Source: Chiloscyllium plagiosum (taxonomy: Eukaryota). Taken from it: 40,265 nucleotides of DNA. The DNA lies in NCBI RefSeq assembly GCF_004010195.1, contig NC_057752.1, forward strand, positions 5,783,055-5,823,319, written 5' to 3'. Positions 1-10,250 of the stretch are shown here, piece by piece. The notes beneath the pieces were generated by a model that searched no databases, was not told where the DNA came from, and saw only the letters and a program-made list of their open reading frames with translations. Numbering within the stretch: position 1 is the first letter of the stretch; every line of letters starts with the position of its first letter. The position numbers were made by a program, and so were the translations under genes.

Positions 1-70
1 TGGGATATCTGGTCGGCATGGACGGGTTGGACCGAAGGGTCTGTTTCCGTGCTGTACATCTCTAAGACTC
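1..70 (+). mobile_element. CR1-like LINE extreme 3' end (young family, truncated by window edge)
   Basis: tgggatatctggtcggcatggac...gtgctgtacatctcta..actc closely matches the 3' ends of the copies at 18199-18565 (+) and 39850-40265 (-). Confidence 0.85.
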
Positions 71-274
71 GATTTACCCTCTCAACACCTCTGACACTTT
101 TTGGTTTTCTATTTATTAAACATGCACCTTGCAAACATTCCAATGCAAACTAAAATTTGGTGCATGCTTTCACCTGCTGAATCTTCAATAAAGCGAGCTC
201 AGAGATAACTGTCAAAAGCATTTTTAATTGGCACTGGGGAACAGGTGGAGTTGTGTCGGGGTGGCGCACTTAAG

Positions 275-992
275 TAGGACAAACAAAGCAGGGGAGAACA
301 TGATGAGCTGCAGGACCCTGCGATGCACCTAGGATCACAGAGACCTTGGTGTGCGGGTCCACCAGTTCCTTAAGGTAGAGGGATAGGTAGATAAAGTGAT
401 TAAGAAGACATTTGGGATGATTGTCTTTACTAGCCGAGACATAGAGTTTAAGAGCAGGGAGATGGTGCTGGAACTGTATAAAACGTTGGTAAGCCACAGC
501 TGCAGTACTGTGTGCAGTTTTGGAATCCACGTTACAGAATTGATATGATTGCACTGGATAAGCTTTGGAGGGTATTTACCAGGATGTTGGCAGGATTGGA
601 GAATTTTAGTTATGAAAAGAAATTGGAAAGAACGGGGTTGTTCTCCTTGAAGCAGAGGGGACTGAGGGGGACCATGATTGAGAGGTATGAAATTTATGTG
701 GGGCATAGACAGGATAGAAAATTTTCCCCTTGTTGGAGAGTCACTGACCAAGGGGCATAGATTTGAGGTCTAAGGGCAGGAGGTTGAGAGGCGATATGGG
801 GAGGTTTTTTGTGGGAATGTGGGAATGTGGAAGTCACTGCCTGTGAGGATGATACAAGCAGAAATCCTTATCACATTTTAAAAAGTATGTAGATATTCTC
901 TTCGGATTTGAATAGTTGAGGGGTTGTTTTGACCAGCGCAGACTCGACGGACCAAAGGATCTTTTTCTGTGCTGTAGGCGTCTGCGACTCTA
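275..992 (+). mobile_element. CR1-like LINE 3' fragment (decayed ORF2 C-terminus plus 3' UTR)
   Basis: Translates to QFWNPRYRIDMIALDKLWRVFTRMLAGLENFSYEKKLERTGLFSLKQRGLRG, a typical CR1 ORF2 C-terminus. It is frameshifted. Confidence 0.9.
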
Positions 993-1020
993 CTGCCGAG
1001 CGACCAGGTTAGAGACCCAG

Positions 1021-1180
1021 GTAACAAAAACAGAAACTGACATCTGTACTCAGAAACAGAGTTTCTGTTTCTGAGTACAGATGTTTGTATCCAGTGACCC
1101 TTCGTCTGAACTGAAGAAAACTGGGGAAAGATGGAATTTATGCTGATGACAGAGTGGGGTTGGAGAAAGAGGTTTGTTGA
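1021..1180 (-). mobile_element. Penelope-like element terminal fragment with fold-back hairpin
   Basis: The reverse complement resembles the 3' end of the PLE at 19485-20145 (agggtcactgga...ttctgtttttgt). It contains a decayed hammerhead-like motif and a perfect 21-bp hairpin at 1040-1084. Confidence 0.6.
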
Positions 1181-1182
1181 AG

Positions 1183-1390
1183 TGCATGTGCAAGGTTGGG
1201 CTGTATGTGTGTGTGTGTGTCTGTCTGTGTGTGTGTACGTGCATAACTTGTGTGTACATTTGTGTGTCTGAGTGTATTTGGGCGTGCATGTGTATGTGTA
1301 TACATCTGTGTGCCTATGTGTATACATCTGTGTTTGCATTTGTGTGTGTGTGTGTTTTATGTGCTGTGTGTCTACGTGTGCGTGTGTTTT
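1183..1390. repeat. Degenerate (TG)n microsatellite
   Basis: Alternating TG/CA low-complexity tract. It explains the spurious HT- and CV-rich ORFs here. Confidence 0.95.
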
Positions 1391-3321
1391 ATGCACTGTC
1401 CTCTTCCTGCACACAGACTGGGATCAACGGGTTTGACAACTCAGTCAGTCGTGAATCAGTTCGGGACAATTGGCTACATGGCACTTTGAGCCCTTTGACC
1501 CCTTACCATTGCGATGCTTTGAGACTAGAAAGTTCGAATTGAGGACATTTACGGAAGAAAATGACTCACGGTACAAAGCTATAGATTCCAAAAGAACAGA
1601 AATAACGTTTGTATCCCCAGCTCTCAAGATATCACGTGGTTTTTCGGAGATGCAGCCGGCAAACAGCAGGACATTGAAGAAGCTGCTCAAATCTTCATGA
1701 AACATGACATATCTGGCAGCTTATTGGCTCGGCCCAGCAGCCGGTGAGGGCACACTAAGCACCAAAACGATCCTTAAACTGTGCGCAGACATTGCTTATT
1801 CCCGACGCAAAAATAACGCCACAATCTATTGCTGATTTTGTCCACCTCACATCAAAGAGTGCTGCATCCCTTCTGTCCGTTGTTATCACTGCGCTGAGCA
1901 ATATTGGAGTCTTTAGCGCGCCTGTTTGCATATCTTGCTGGCCACAATCTCAAAATCGCACCTTTTTGGGCGCCGCTACTAACGCGGTCAATGATTTAAA
2001 AAAATACCCTCCAGCCACCCACCACTCCCCGCCTCATTTTACCTTTGCATCTACCTTTCCTGGGAATGGTGAACGCTGTGATTGGGATCTCGGGATCAAG
2101 TAAGTACCAGGAACAGGGAATAGCGAAGCTCTAATGTGCTCAGGCCAACCCCAACTTTCGGAGGAGTCTCTTCCCCCTCCTGGCGCCAATCTGTGAGCGG
2201 TGGTCGTCCAGGTACTGAAGAAAGTCACGGTCATACTCCTGAGAGCGAGCAGAGAGAGAGAGATGAAGCCTCCAGCAGTCTGGTCCTTTTTCACATCCAG
2301 CTGGGATAGACTGTTCTGTAGACCGACCGCAGTCTCAGTGCATTAACTAAGTGTTTTTTTTCACCTGGATTGAAGGAAACGATAACTTTATCATGTCTGG
2401 CGGCGACTTCAGTGGGTTCGGTCTGAAATGAGCCAGGAAGTGGGTGGGGGTGGTGCCAAATACTGACCAGGCTGCACTAACCCTGTCATTGCACACAGCC
2501 GCAAGTTAGCTAGAGATATCTCTGCAAGTGACACTGGAGGTGTCCAGACAGGAGCAAAGCATCTGGTACATTTTGATTCCTTCTGCCGTTTCGGAACTCG
2601 CCGGCGGGTTCTTGTTTGCCCCGGGGACTCTTCCGCGGTTTGCAAAGCGCCTCGGTCCCCGTTCCCCCCCTCGAACATTACACCTTCCCTTGCTTCTGGG
2701 CGGCTGACTTTGGCCAACTTCCCGATTGTTACCCCCCCCCCCCTTTCAGTCTCTCTCGGCGTCTCCATTGTATATACATGGCGATATAAAAGGCTTGGAT
2801 GTGCGTTGTCACGTTTCTGGGAGAGCTCTCAAAGGGCTTCGGCTGCAATGAATCGCTTTGATTTGCAGAGGCTGTCAACGGAAACCACAGCTGTCCTGTA
2901 CTTTTTTTTGTGCGCGTTTTGAAATGCGCTGCCCCTGAAATAGGGTCAGTAATGGGATGTGTATAAAGAGAGCAGAATGTGTGTGTGTGTGTTGTGTTGG
3001 GGTGGGGGGACGTTGAAGCACAGGATCAGAATGAGCAATCTTTAACTACACAATGCTGCATTAATGTCAACATCATCCGTCAATATTTACTAATTATGAT
3101 TAAAAACTATTACTGGTAGTGGATGGCGTGAATGTCAAATTGCTCAGAAAAAGCTTCAGGAGCTACCTTAAGAAGTGGCTGGAATTTTGGATGGGGCTGA
3201 AGGAGGATTAATGGCCCATTAACGGGACCTGATTTTCCCCCAAGTTTTCCATGCGTTTCCATTGGTGCCTTTATTGTCTGCCCCAGCGCCTCTGATTGAA
3301 TTAAAGGCTGCTCGTTTACAG

Positions 3322-3463
3322 GAGAGAGAGAGAGAGAGAGAGATCATAGTCTCGATGATTCGGAGAGAGAGAGAGAGAGAGAGGTGCGTTTAAAACTTGA
3401 GGTGCAGGAGGAGAGCAGTAATCAGACTCGCACCTCTCTTTCTGTCTGTCTCTCTCTCTCTCT
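3322..3463. repeat. (GA)n and (CT)n microsatellite tracts
   Basis: Two (GA)n runs at ~3322-3343 and ~3363-3383, followed by a (CT)n run at ~3433-3463. Confidence 0.9.
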
Positions 3464-3529
3464 CCGCATACTGCAAAAAAAAACTACTAGCATCACACTG
3501 GCTCCCTCCTTGAGCAGATGCACTTCAAA

Positions 3530-3990
3530 TGAAGTTCAATTTTCAAAGATTTCACTTGAGTATTTATGATGATCAAAGTCTTTGGTTTCAAACAGAGTTC
3601 AGTGTTTGATCCAGGAGCGAGAGGGAGAGAGAGAAGCAAACGAGATTGTGGGGTAGAGGTGGGGGCAGGGAGGAGAGAGAGCGGGAGGAGAGAGAGAGAG
3701 AGATCGAGAATAGACAGGGTGTGTATTGGGGGGCTGGTGAGAAACAGGGGGTACGGCGTGAGAGTCAGGGCCAATGTGAAGCACAGAACCAGAGAGAGCG
3801 CTTCGCAGCGTCCCTGGCGCAGCAACTTGAGACTGACTGATCTATCTTGGTTCAATCTGCCTTTGAACTGAGGTGGGGCCCTCCCCCTTCCCTCCCTCCC
3901 TCTGTCTCTGAGTGGGATTTTTGTTTTAAATCCTGACGGACTCGGCGGCAGTGAACCACAGCCGAACGGGGGCGTTCAAACATGACCCGG
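3530..3990 (+). promoter_or_regulatory. Putative wnt10b proximal promoter / 5' UTR region
   Basis: Unique sequence just upstream of the coding exons, CpG-rich towards its 3' end. CCAAT at 3771-3775. TCF/LEF-type motifs TTCAAAG 3542-3548, ATCAAAG 3572-3578 and CTTTGAA 3861-3867. The TSS cannot be determined from sequence. Confidence 0.5.
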
Positions 3991-4143
3991 TGAGCACGGC
4001 ATCGCACCGTAACTCAGCACGGATCTGAGAGCTCGGTCCGGGGGAAGAAGGGAGGACAGGACGGAAGGGCACCGGGGCAAGGGGCGGGGGTTCGTACCCG
4101 CTCATCGGCCCGAACTGTTCTGCGCCGGTTCACTCCCCCCAGC

Positions 4144-4208
4144 ATGGCTGCTCCAAGAATCTCCAGACCTGTCCCTCTCCTCCTCGCCATCTCGCTCACA
4201 CTGTCCGG
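4144..4208 (+). CDS. wnt10b: Wnt10b first main coding exon (signal peptide)
   Basis: ATG at 4144 gives MAAPRISRPVPLLLAISLTLS(G), a hydrophobic signal-peptide-like stretch. The donor GG|GTAAGG at 4208/4209 is phase 2 and compatible with the next exon. Confidence 0.85.
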
Positions 4209-4357
4209 GTAAGGGAGCGATAATGCGGTTCCGTTCTTACACCTTTACACATGGGCACCCTGTGCTCTGCCAGGGAGATGTCAAAGTGCCTCTCCTTTGG
4301 GGATAGGCTGCTCATTCTATTCGAGTGTTCATTTCTTGTCGTTGTCGTTTGCTTCAG

Positions 4358-4620
4358 GGTGGCCGGGAACGAGATTCTGGGCTTGAAGATCCCCCTGGAG
4401 CCCATCCTGACGGCCAACGCAGTGTGCCTGACCCTGCCGGGTCTCAGCAAGCGCCAGTTGGGCCTGTGTGTCCGGAGTCCTGATGTGACCGCCGCTGCCG
4501 TGCAGGGAATCCAAGTCGCTATTCACGAGTGTCAGCATCAACTCTGGGACCAGAGGTGGAACTGTTCGACTCTGGAGAACGGGGGCAAGGTCCTGCAGGA
4601 CACCGTCATCCTGAGCAGAG
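4358..4620 (+). CDS. wnt10b: Wnt10b coding exon 2
   Basis: Acceptor ttgcttcAG at 4356-4357. Encodes [70 protein letters not shown]...[19 protein letters not shown] and ECQHQL match Wnt10b rather than Wnt10a. Donor AG|GTAAGC at 4620/4621 is phase 1. Confidence 0.96.
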
Positions 4621-4724
4621 GTAAGCACCAGCTGTATGGAGAGAGAGGGAGTTGGCAGTTGATAATTCGCCCAGTGGGAGACAGTGAGGACAGGGAGCAG
4701 AGTTGGTGGAGAGGAGGCAAGTTC

Positions 4725-5045
4725 AGCCTGATTCAGAAGGGGAGCCAGAATTTGCTCAGAACCAGAGGTCATAGTCTCGGGATACTGGATGGGTCACTTA
4801 GGACTGAGATGTGGAGAAATGTCTTTACCCAGAGAGTGGGGAGCCTGTGGAGTTGTCTGTCGCAGGAAGCAGTTGAGGACAAAACATTGAATGCTTTCAA
4901 GAACGCGTTAGATATAGTTCGTAGGGCTTAAAGCGATTCAAGGCTACGGGGGAGAAAGCAGGAACGGGGATTGAGTTGGATGATCGACCATGATCCTGTT
5001 GAATGGAGGAACAGAGTTGGGGGGCGGGGGGGTGCGCATAGACGG
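4725..5045 (+). mobile_element. CR1-like LINE 3' fragment in wnt10b intron
   Basis: Translates to RTRGHSLGI...[36 protein letters not shown], the CR1 ORF2 end, followed by a CR1-type 3' UTR. Confidence 0.85.
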
Positions 5046-5302
5046 ACCAGGCGAGATAGCGACCCCATGTCAACATTGGCACAAATTGCAGGTGTGATGT
5101 GAAGGTGCTTGGGAGCGATTGGATGAATTATGGTCCATAGTGACAATGGTATTCCTGTCGGTGGGGAGGGGGTTGTGGAGAAGAGTTCTTTTTATATACA
5201 AACCGACACCCCCCCCCCCTCCCCCAACACACATCTCTGGGATTGTATAATGCGACAGTGACCCTGGAATTTATTGATGCTGTGGAGCCCGGTGTTGGAC
5301 TC

Positions 5303-5640
5303 CACGCAACAACATGTTATAGTCCAACAGGTTTATTTGGAAGCACTAGCTGCTCCTTCATCAGGTGGTTGTGGAACAGGACCACAAGATACAGAATTTA
5401 TAGCAAAAGATTACAGCGTCATGCAGCTGAAATGATATATTGAACAAGCCTATTGAACCTAGATTTGTTCAATATATCGTTTCAGTTGGCTGACACTGGA
5501 ATTTTTTGCTGTAAATTCTGTGACTTATGTCACAGAATTCTGTCCTGTTCCACAACCACCTGATGAAGGAGCAGCGCTACGAAAGCTAGTGCTTCCAAAT
5601 AAACCTGTTGCTGTGTGATATAACCTGGTGTTGTGTGATT
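5303..5640. mobile_element. Penelope-derived fold-back (palindromic) element carrying a minimal hammerhead motif
   Basis: Arms ~5303-5450 and ~5464-5640 are imperfect reverse complements. The right arm has CAC-CTGATGA-AGGAGC-AGC-GCTAC-GAAA-GC-TA-GTG. Confidence 0.8.
5557..5591 (+). ncRNA. Minimal type I hammerhead ribozyme motif
   Basis: CUGAUGA at 5560-5566. Helix II is GGAGC/GCUAC with one mismatch. GAAA at 5581-5584. Palindromic loopless helix III (AGCU), CUA cleavage triplet ending at 5588, helix I CAC/GUG. Activity not shown. Confidence 0.7.
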
Positions 5641-6032
5641 TGTAACTATGCCCTGGAATTATTGGTAACCCCCCCCCCCCCCTCCCCTCAGACGCACATC
5701 CACTTTGTCCTCCCCGTGTTACAGGGGTCAGCCCTTGGTGTCTGGCCTGGCACAGGAAGCGGGGAGCCCAGCTGTAGCGGCTTATATGTCCGGATCGCCT
5801 GCTCAACTCTGAATTACGACAAGATCGTTGGCTATACGAACACAGCAGTCCGACAGCAAATGCATTTTTCTCCCCCCCCCCAAAAAAAAGCTGCCAGAAT
5901 GCGCGTAGGTTTTGTACGTTTCCGTGAATCCTGGGTTCTTTGCTAAGAACCGACAGAGGAGCAGTCCTCACTTTGTGCAAGCTGGGATCGCGAGTGTTTC
6001 AAAGCTCCAACTCCGTGGACTTCGATTTTCTC

Positions 6033-6135
6033 ATCAACCTGTTCAGAGATGTTACTATTCATCTCTGGTGGAACTATGAACCCGGGCCTCCTGGTTCACA
6101 GATTGGGACACTATAACTGTGCCACAAAGCTCCTT
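6033..6135 (-). mobile_element. tRNA-derived SINE head fragment
   Basis: The reverse strand has A-box/B-box-like motifs (tggcacagttatagtg; cgggttcat). A similar copy lies at 20731-20836. Confidence 0.55.
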
Positions 6136-6337
6136 AACAGGGGTTGCCCTGATATCCAGTCCCAGTAAATGCTGGGCTGCAAACACAGTCCTGACCGATG
6201 CTGGGTGTTCGGGTCCGAAGAGAGAGAGAGAAACCGACGGGGGCGGGGGGGCACAGATTTCTGAGAGTGCACCGTACGTTTGGAGTTCATTGTGTTACAA
6301 GGAGCGATGCTTGTGCGAAGTGAGTGCGACTAAAACT

Positions 6338-6565
6338 GTGGCTCAGTGGTTAGCACTACTGCCTCACAGCTGCCAGTGTCCTTGGTTCAATTCCCGCCTC
6401 GGGCGACTGTCTGTGGGTTTCCTCCCACAGTCTAAAGATGTGCAAGTTAGGTGGATTGGCCATCAGTCAGAGGGGAAATGGGTCTGGGTGGGTTACTCTT
6501 TGGAGGGTCGGTGTGGACTGGTTGGGCCGAAGGGCTTGTTTCCACACTGTAAGGAACCTAATCTT
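6338..6565 (+). mobile_element. HE1-like V-SINE (tRNA-derived), internally deleted
   Basis: A box gtggctcagtggttagcac, B box ggttcaattccc, V-domain-like tttcctcccacagtctaaagatgtgc, and a CR1-like tail ending taatct. Homologous to 22529-22805 and 36397-36706. Confidence 0.85.
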
Positions 6566-7139
6566 AAAAACTGTGATTCCACCAGCCATTTCCTCAGGGA
6601 GGATGGGGCCAGAGTTTTCACCCCTGGTTTGGGGGGCGGGGGAAGGGCAAATCGGCTGGCCTGCCTCCTCCAGGAGAGTGCTGACGGGTACTCCGTGGGC
6701 TTTCAAGTGCTTGGACATGCTGCAGGGTCCATGGACATGTCAGCCCAGGCAGCGGCGTCACTGCTCTTTAATCTGGAAAAAGTTCACCAATTAACTGCAA
6801 CCTCCTGCCTCGCGTGTCTGTGTCCCCTCCACCCCCCATTATCCACTGAGCCCGCCCCGTTTCTTTACGAAGAAAGGTCTTTGCAGAACCGAAGAAATGC
6901 AAAACAAAAACCAACAGATGTTCCAGCTGAATGGCAGATGTGTGCCTCTGGTTGGTTTGTGTTGACTGTGGCTGAATCGCTCCTGCACGATATGATCCCA
7001 ACTGGCTCGCACCAACGCAACATCTGCAATGAACCCAAGCCAAGTGAATAGCTGTTATCACCATATCACCATGTCCACGGAGGAATAGTCCTACTGACGG
7101 GATATTCGGGGATATTTGCTCACTCCAGTTCTCCAGTGG

Positions 7140-7640
7140 CATGGTCAGATTAAGTGATTGGGTCCAGCGGTGGCAGATGCAGTTCAGTGTGTGGGAAGTA
7201 TACAGAGAACGGCTTTAATTTTTAAAATTATTTAATGGGATGTGGCCTGATGTGAAAATGTATTTGCCTTTAGCTAAACGCCTTGCTAGACCACATCAGA
7301 GAACACTGAGAAGTGTTGGAGTCAGGCTCAGGGGAGGTTTACTGGAATGAGCAGGTTGTCTTATGAAGAAAGATTGCCCAGACTGGCTTGTGCCCATTGG
7401 AGTTCAGGAGGGGGCGGGGTGACTTTTATACCATCCTGAATGGCTTTGACTAGGTGATGTGAAAAGGATGCTTCCTATTGTGGGTGAGTTCATAGCTTCC
7501 CTTTTAGGGTTTTTTCCCCCTGAGAGTTGAGCAACTTTGGAAATCTCTGCCTCAGAAGACAGTGGAGGCAGGGTCATTGAATAGTTTTAAGGTGGAGGTA
7601 GATAGATTCTTGTTAGGCAGGAAATCAAATGTTATCAGAA
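7140..7640 (+). mobile_element. Old CR1-like LINE fragment(s)
   Basis: Decayed CR1 ORF2 and 3' motifs (gtggcagatgcagttc; ttatgaagaaagattg; tttaaggtggaggtagatagattc). Confidence 0.65.
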
Positions 7641-7642
7641 AT

Positions 7643-8430
7643 AGAGTCATAGAGTCATACAGCATGGAAACTGACCCTTTGGTCCAACCAGTCTAGGCTG
7701 ACCATAATCCCAACCTAAACTAGTCCCACCTGCCTGGCCCATATCCCTCCAAATATTTCTTATTCATGTACTTATCTAGATGTCTTTTAAATGCTGCAAC
7801 TGTACCCACGTCCACTACTTCCTCAGGAAATTCATTCCACACACAAATCACTCTCTGTGTAAAACAAATTGGCCCTTGTCTTTTTACAATCGTTCTCCTC
7901 TCACCTTAAAACTATACCCCTTAGTCTTGAAATCCCCACACCTGCCATTTACCTTACCTATACCCCTCATGATTTTGTAAAACTCTATAAGGTCATGCCT
8001 CAACATCCTATGCTTCAATGAAAAGCGTCCCAGCCTATTCACCCTTCCTTTACAACTCACACCTTCCATTCCTGCAACATCCTGGTAAATCTCTTCTGAA
8101 CCCTCTCCAGCTTAATAATATCCTTCCTATAACAGGGAGACCAGATCTGGACACAGCATTTTAGAGTAGGCCTCACCAATGTTTTGTACAACCTCAACTC
8201 CTATACTCAAAGGTCTGGGCAATGAAGGCTAAGTGCCTTCTTAACCACACTGTCTACGTGATGCAAACTTCAAAATATTATGTACCTGAACCCCTCGGTC
8301 TCTATGTTCTACAAACACTACCCAAGGCTCTACTTTTAATTGTATAAGTCCTGCCCTTTTTTTCCCCAAAATGCAATACCTCACATTTCTCCAAATGGAA
8401 CACCATCTGCCATTTTCCAGCCCACTGACT
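7643..8430 (-). mobile_element. CR1-like LINE 3' fragment
   Basis: Begins with the (agagtcat)n tail on the + strand. The minus ORF reads RVNRLGRFSLKHRMLRHDLIEFYKIMRGI...KGYSFKVRGER. Confidence 0.9.
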
Positions 8431-8789
8431 CAATTGATCATTCACCAGTATCTGGCCCATATCCCTCTAAACCCTTTCTATTCATTTCAAGTGTATTGCA
8501 CAAATTTGAGACTGTACAGTTTTCTTACAAGCTAGAAATATTAGGCAATACCTGCCTCTTACAAAAGCAAACCTCAGAGCAAAATATCCAAGGCCCTTAG
8601 TCCCTGATAATAGGATTGCTTGTTCAATGCCAAGATTGAGCATTCTGCTTCAGCTTATGTACATTTCTGTTTAAAGGCTAGACAGAAATGTGGAATTTGA
8701 AACACAAACAGATCAGCTATGATCTTATTGAGGGGCAGGCAGGTTTGACAGATGAATGGCCTATTTCTGCTCCTAAATCATATGTTCAT

Positions 8790-9060
8790 AACCACATTGC
8801 TGTGGGTCTGGAGTCACCTGTAGGCCAGACAAGGTAAGGATGACAGATTTCCTGCCCTAAAGGACATAAAAGTCATAGAGTTCTCCAGCACAGAAAAAGG
8901 CTCTTTAGCCCACCATGTCAATGCTGGCCTGGCCAAAAACAACCACTGAGCTCCTGATAATATGAAATCAGGTAGGTTTTTACAACAATTGATTATGTTC
9001 AACATCACTGAGACAAATTTTATATTACACCAGTTACCTACTAGTCCAGTGACAATGTCC
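8790..9060 (-). mobile_element. Fragmented tRNA-derived SINE (family of 18828-19165)
   Basis: accacattgctgtgggtctggagtcac..gtaggccagac..ggtaaggatg.cagatttcct.ccctaaagga is the reverse complement of the body of the 18828-19165 element. Confidence 0.65.
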
Positions 9061-9714
9061 CTACTCACTGTTCCTCCTCCCCATACAGTAAGTTCCTTCT
9101 AACTAATGAAATGCCAGAATTGTAAATGGCTACAGAGTTTAGGGAATCTGTGAGCAAGACTCACTGAAAACATTAGGAAGGTACAACAAAACAATTAGAA
9201 AGAAGAATATCTCAAGGAAACTTGAATATAACAGATGGCACCTGGAGTTCTGCACTCAGTTCAGGGTTCTGTATCTTAAGAAGAATGTTTGAGCTTGGAG
9301 TGGGTACAGGTTCATCAGGTTATATGTTAAAGGAATTGTAGAGAAGGACAAGGTGGTATTTCCTTAAGCTTGGAGGTTAAGTAATGAACCCACTGAGGAT
9401 TATTAAAGGAATTTATAGAACTGCTGGAAAGAAACAATTTCCTCAGATGGTTTGGGGAAGGGGTGGGAACAGGGTGGAGGGTCCAGAAGGAGGGGCAGAA
9501 CTTTAAAGTTCAAGCAAGGCCCCTCAAGGGAGATGCCAGGAAGCACTCCTTCACACAATTGGAAATGGAAATTTCCAACTCTCTCCTTTCCCTCTGACCT
9601 CGCACCCCAAACAGCTGTGTATGTCAGAAGCCAAGCAAAGACTCGAAAACTGCAGTGGATAGATTTTTGTTCGATAGGGTGTTCCCCACTCCCTCCCCCA
9701 GCATCAAGACGAAG

Positions 9715-10250
9715 ACAGTAAGGACTGCATCTGCTAGAAGTCAGAGTCAATAGATGTGAAACTGGAGGAGCACAGCAGGTCAGACAGCATCCGAGGAGCA
9801 GGAAAGGCATCGTTTTGGACCGAAAGCCTTTTCAGGACTGGGGAGGGGGAGGGGAGTCCAGAAGTAAAGAAAGGGAGAAGGGTTGGGCTGGAGGAAGGGT
9901 AGATGCAGGTCTGGGATTATTGTGATTGGTCAGTGGGAAGGGTGGAGTGGATAGATGAGTAGGAAGATGGACAGGTTAGGTCAGGCCAGGGAGGCAAGGA
10001 GGAGGGGGAGGGCTAGGCATGGAGAAGGCTGGGGACAGAAGGACTTTGAAGCTGGTAAAGTCAACGTTGAGGCCATTGGGCTGTCAGCTTTCCAGGCGAA
10101 ATATCAGGTGTTGTTCCTCCAGTTTCCATTCGGCCTCACTCTGACAATGGAGGAGGCCAAGGGTGAATGTGTTGCCGGGGGACCAGGAGGGGGAACTAAG
10201 GTGGATGGCAATCGGAAGGTCGGATTGGTTAATGCGTGCATAGTATAGTC
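9715..10250 (-). mobile_element. Penelope-like retroelement 3' relic (GIY-YIG endonuclease C-terminus plus terminal repeat)
   Basis: The minus ORF DLPIAIHLSSPS...LGLLHCQSEAEWKLEEQHLIFRLES matches the RKLEEQHLIF motif of the copy at 19.7 kb. The terminal part (gaggactgca.a.tgct..; cagcatccgaggagcagga) is shared with 23801, 34858 and 39670. Confidence 0.8.

Noticed and set aside
1400..3400. Divergently transcribed wnt1 first exon, expected from synteny
   Set aside because: No minus-strand ORF resembles the Wnt1 N-terminus (NSSGRWWGI-type motif). If linked, wnt1 lies outside the window.
4251..4931. 226-aa ORF as a single-exon Wnt
   Set aside because: Only 4358-4620 is Wnt. The flanks are intron read-through, and the C-terminal part is CR1 sequence.
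6119..7051. 310-aa ORF, the longest in the window
   Set aside because: It is intronic, starts at a GTG, runs through two SINE copies and shows no recognisable domain. It is most likely a chance ORF.
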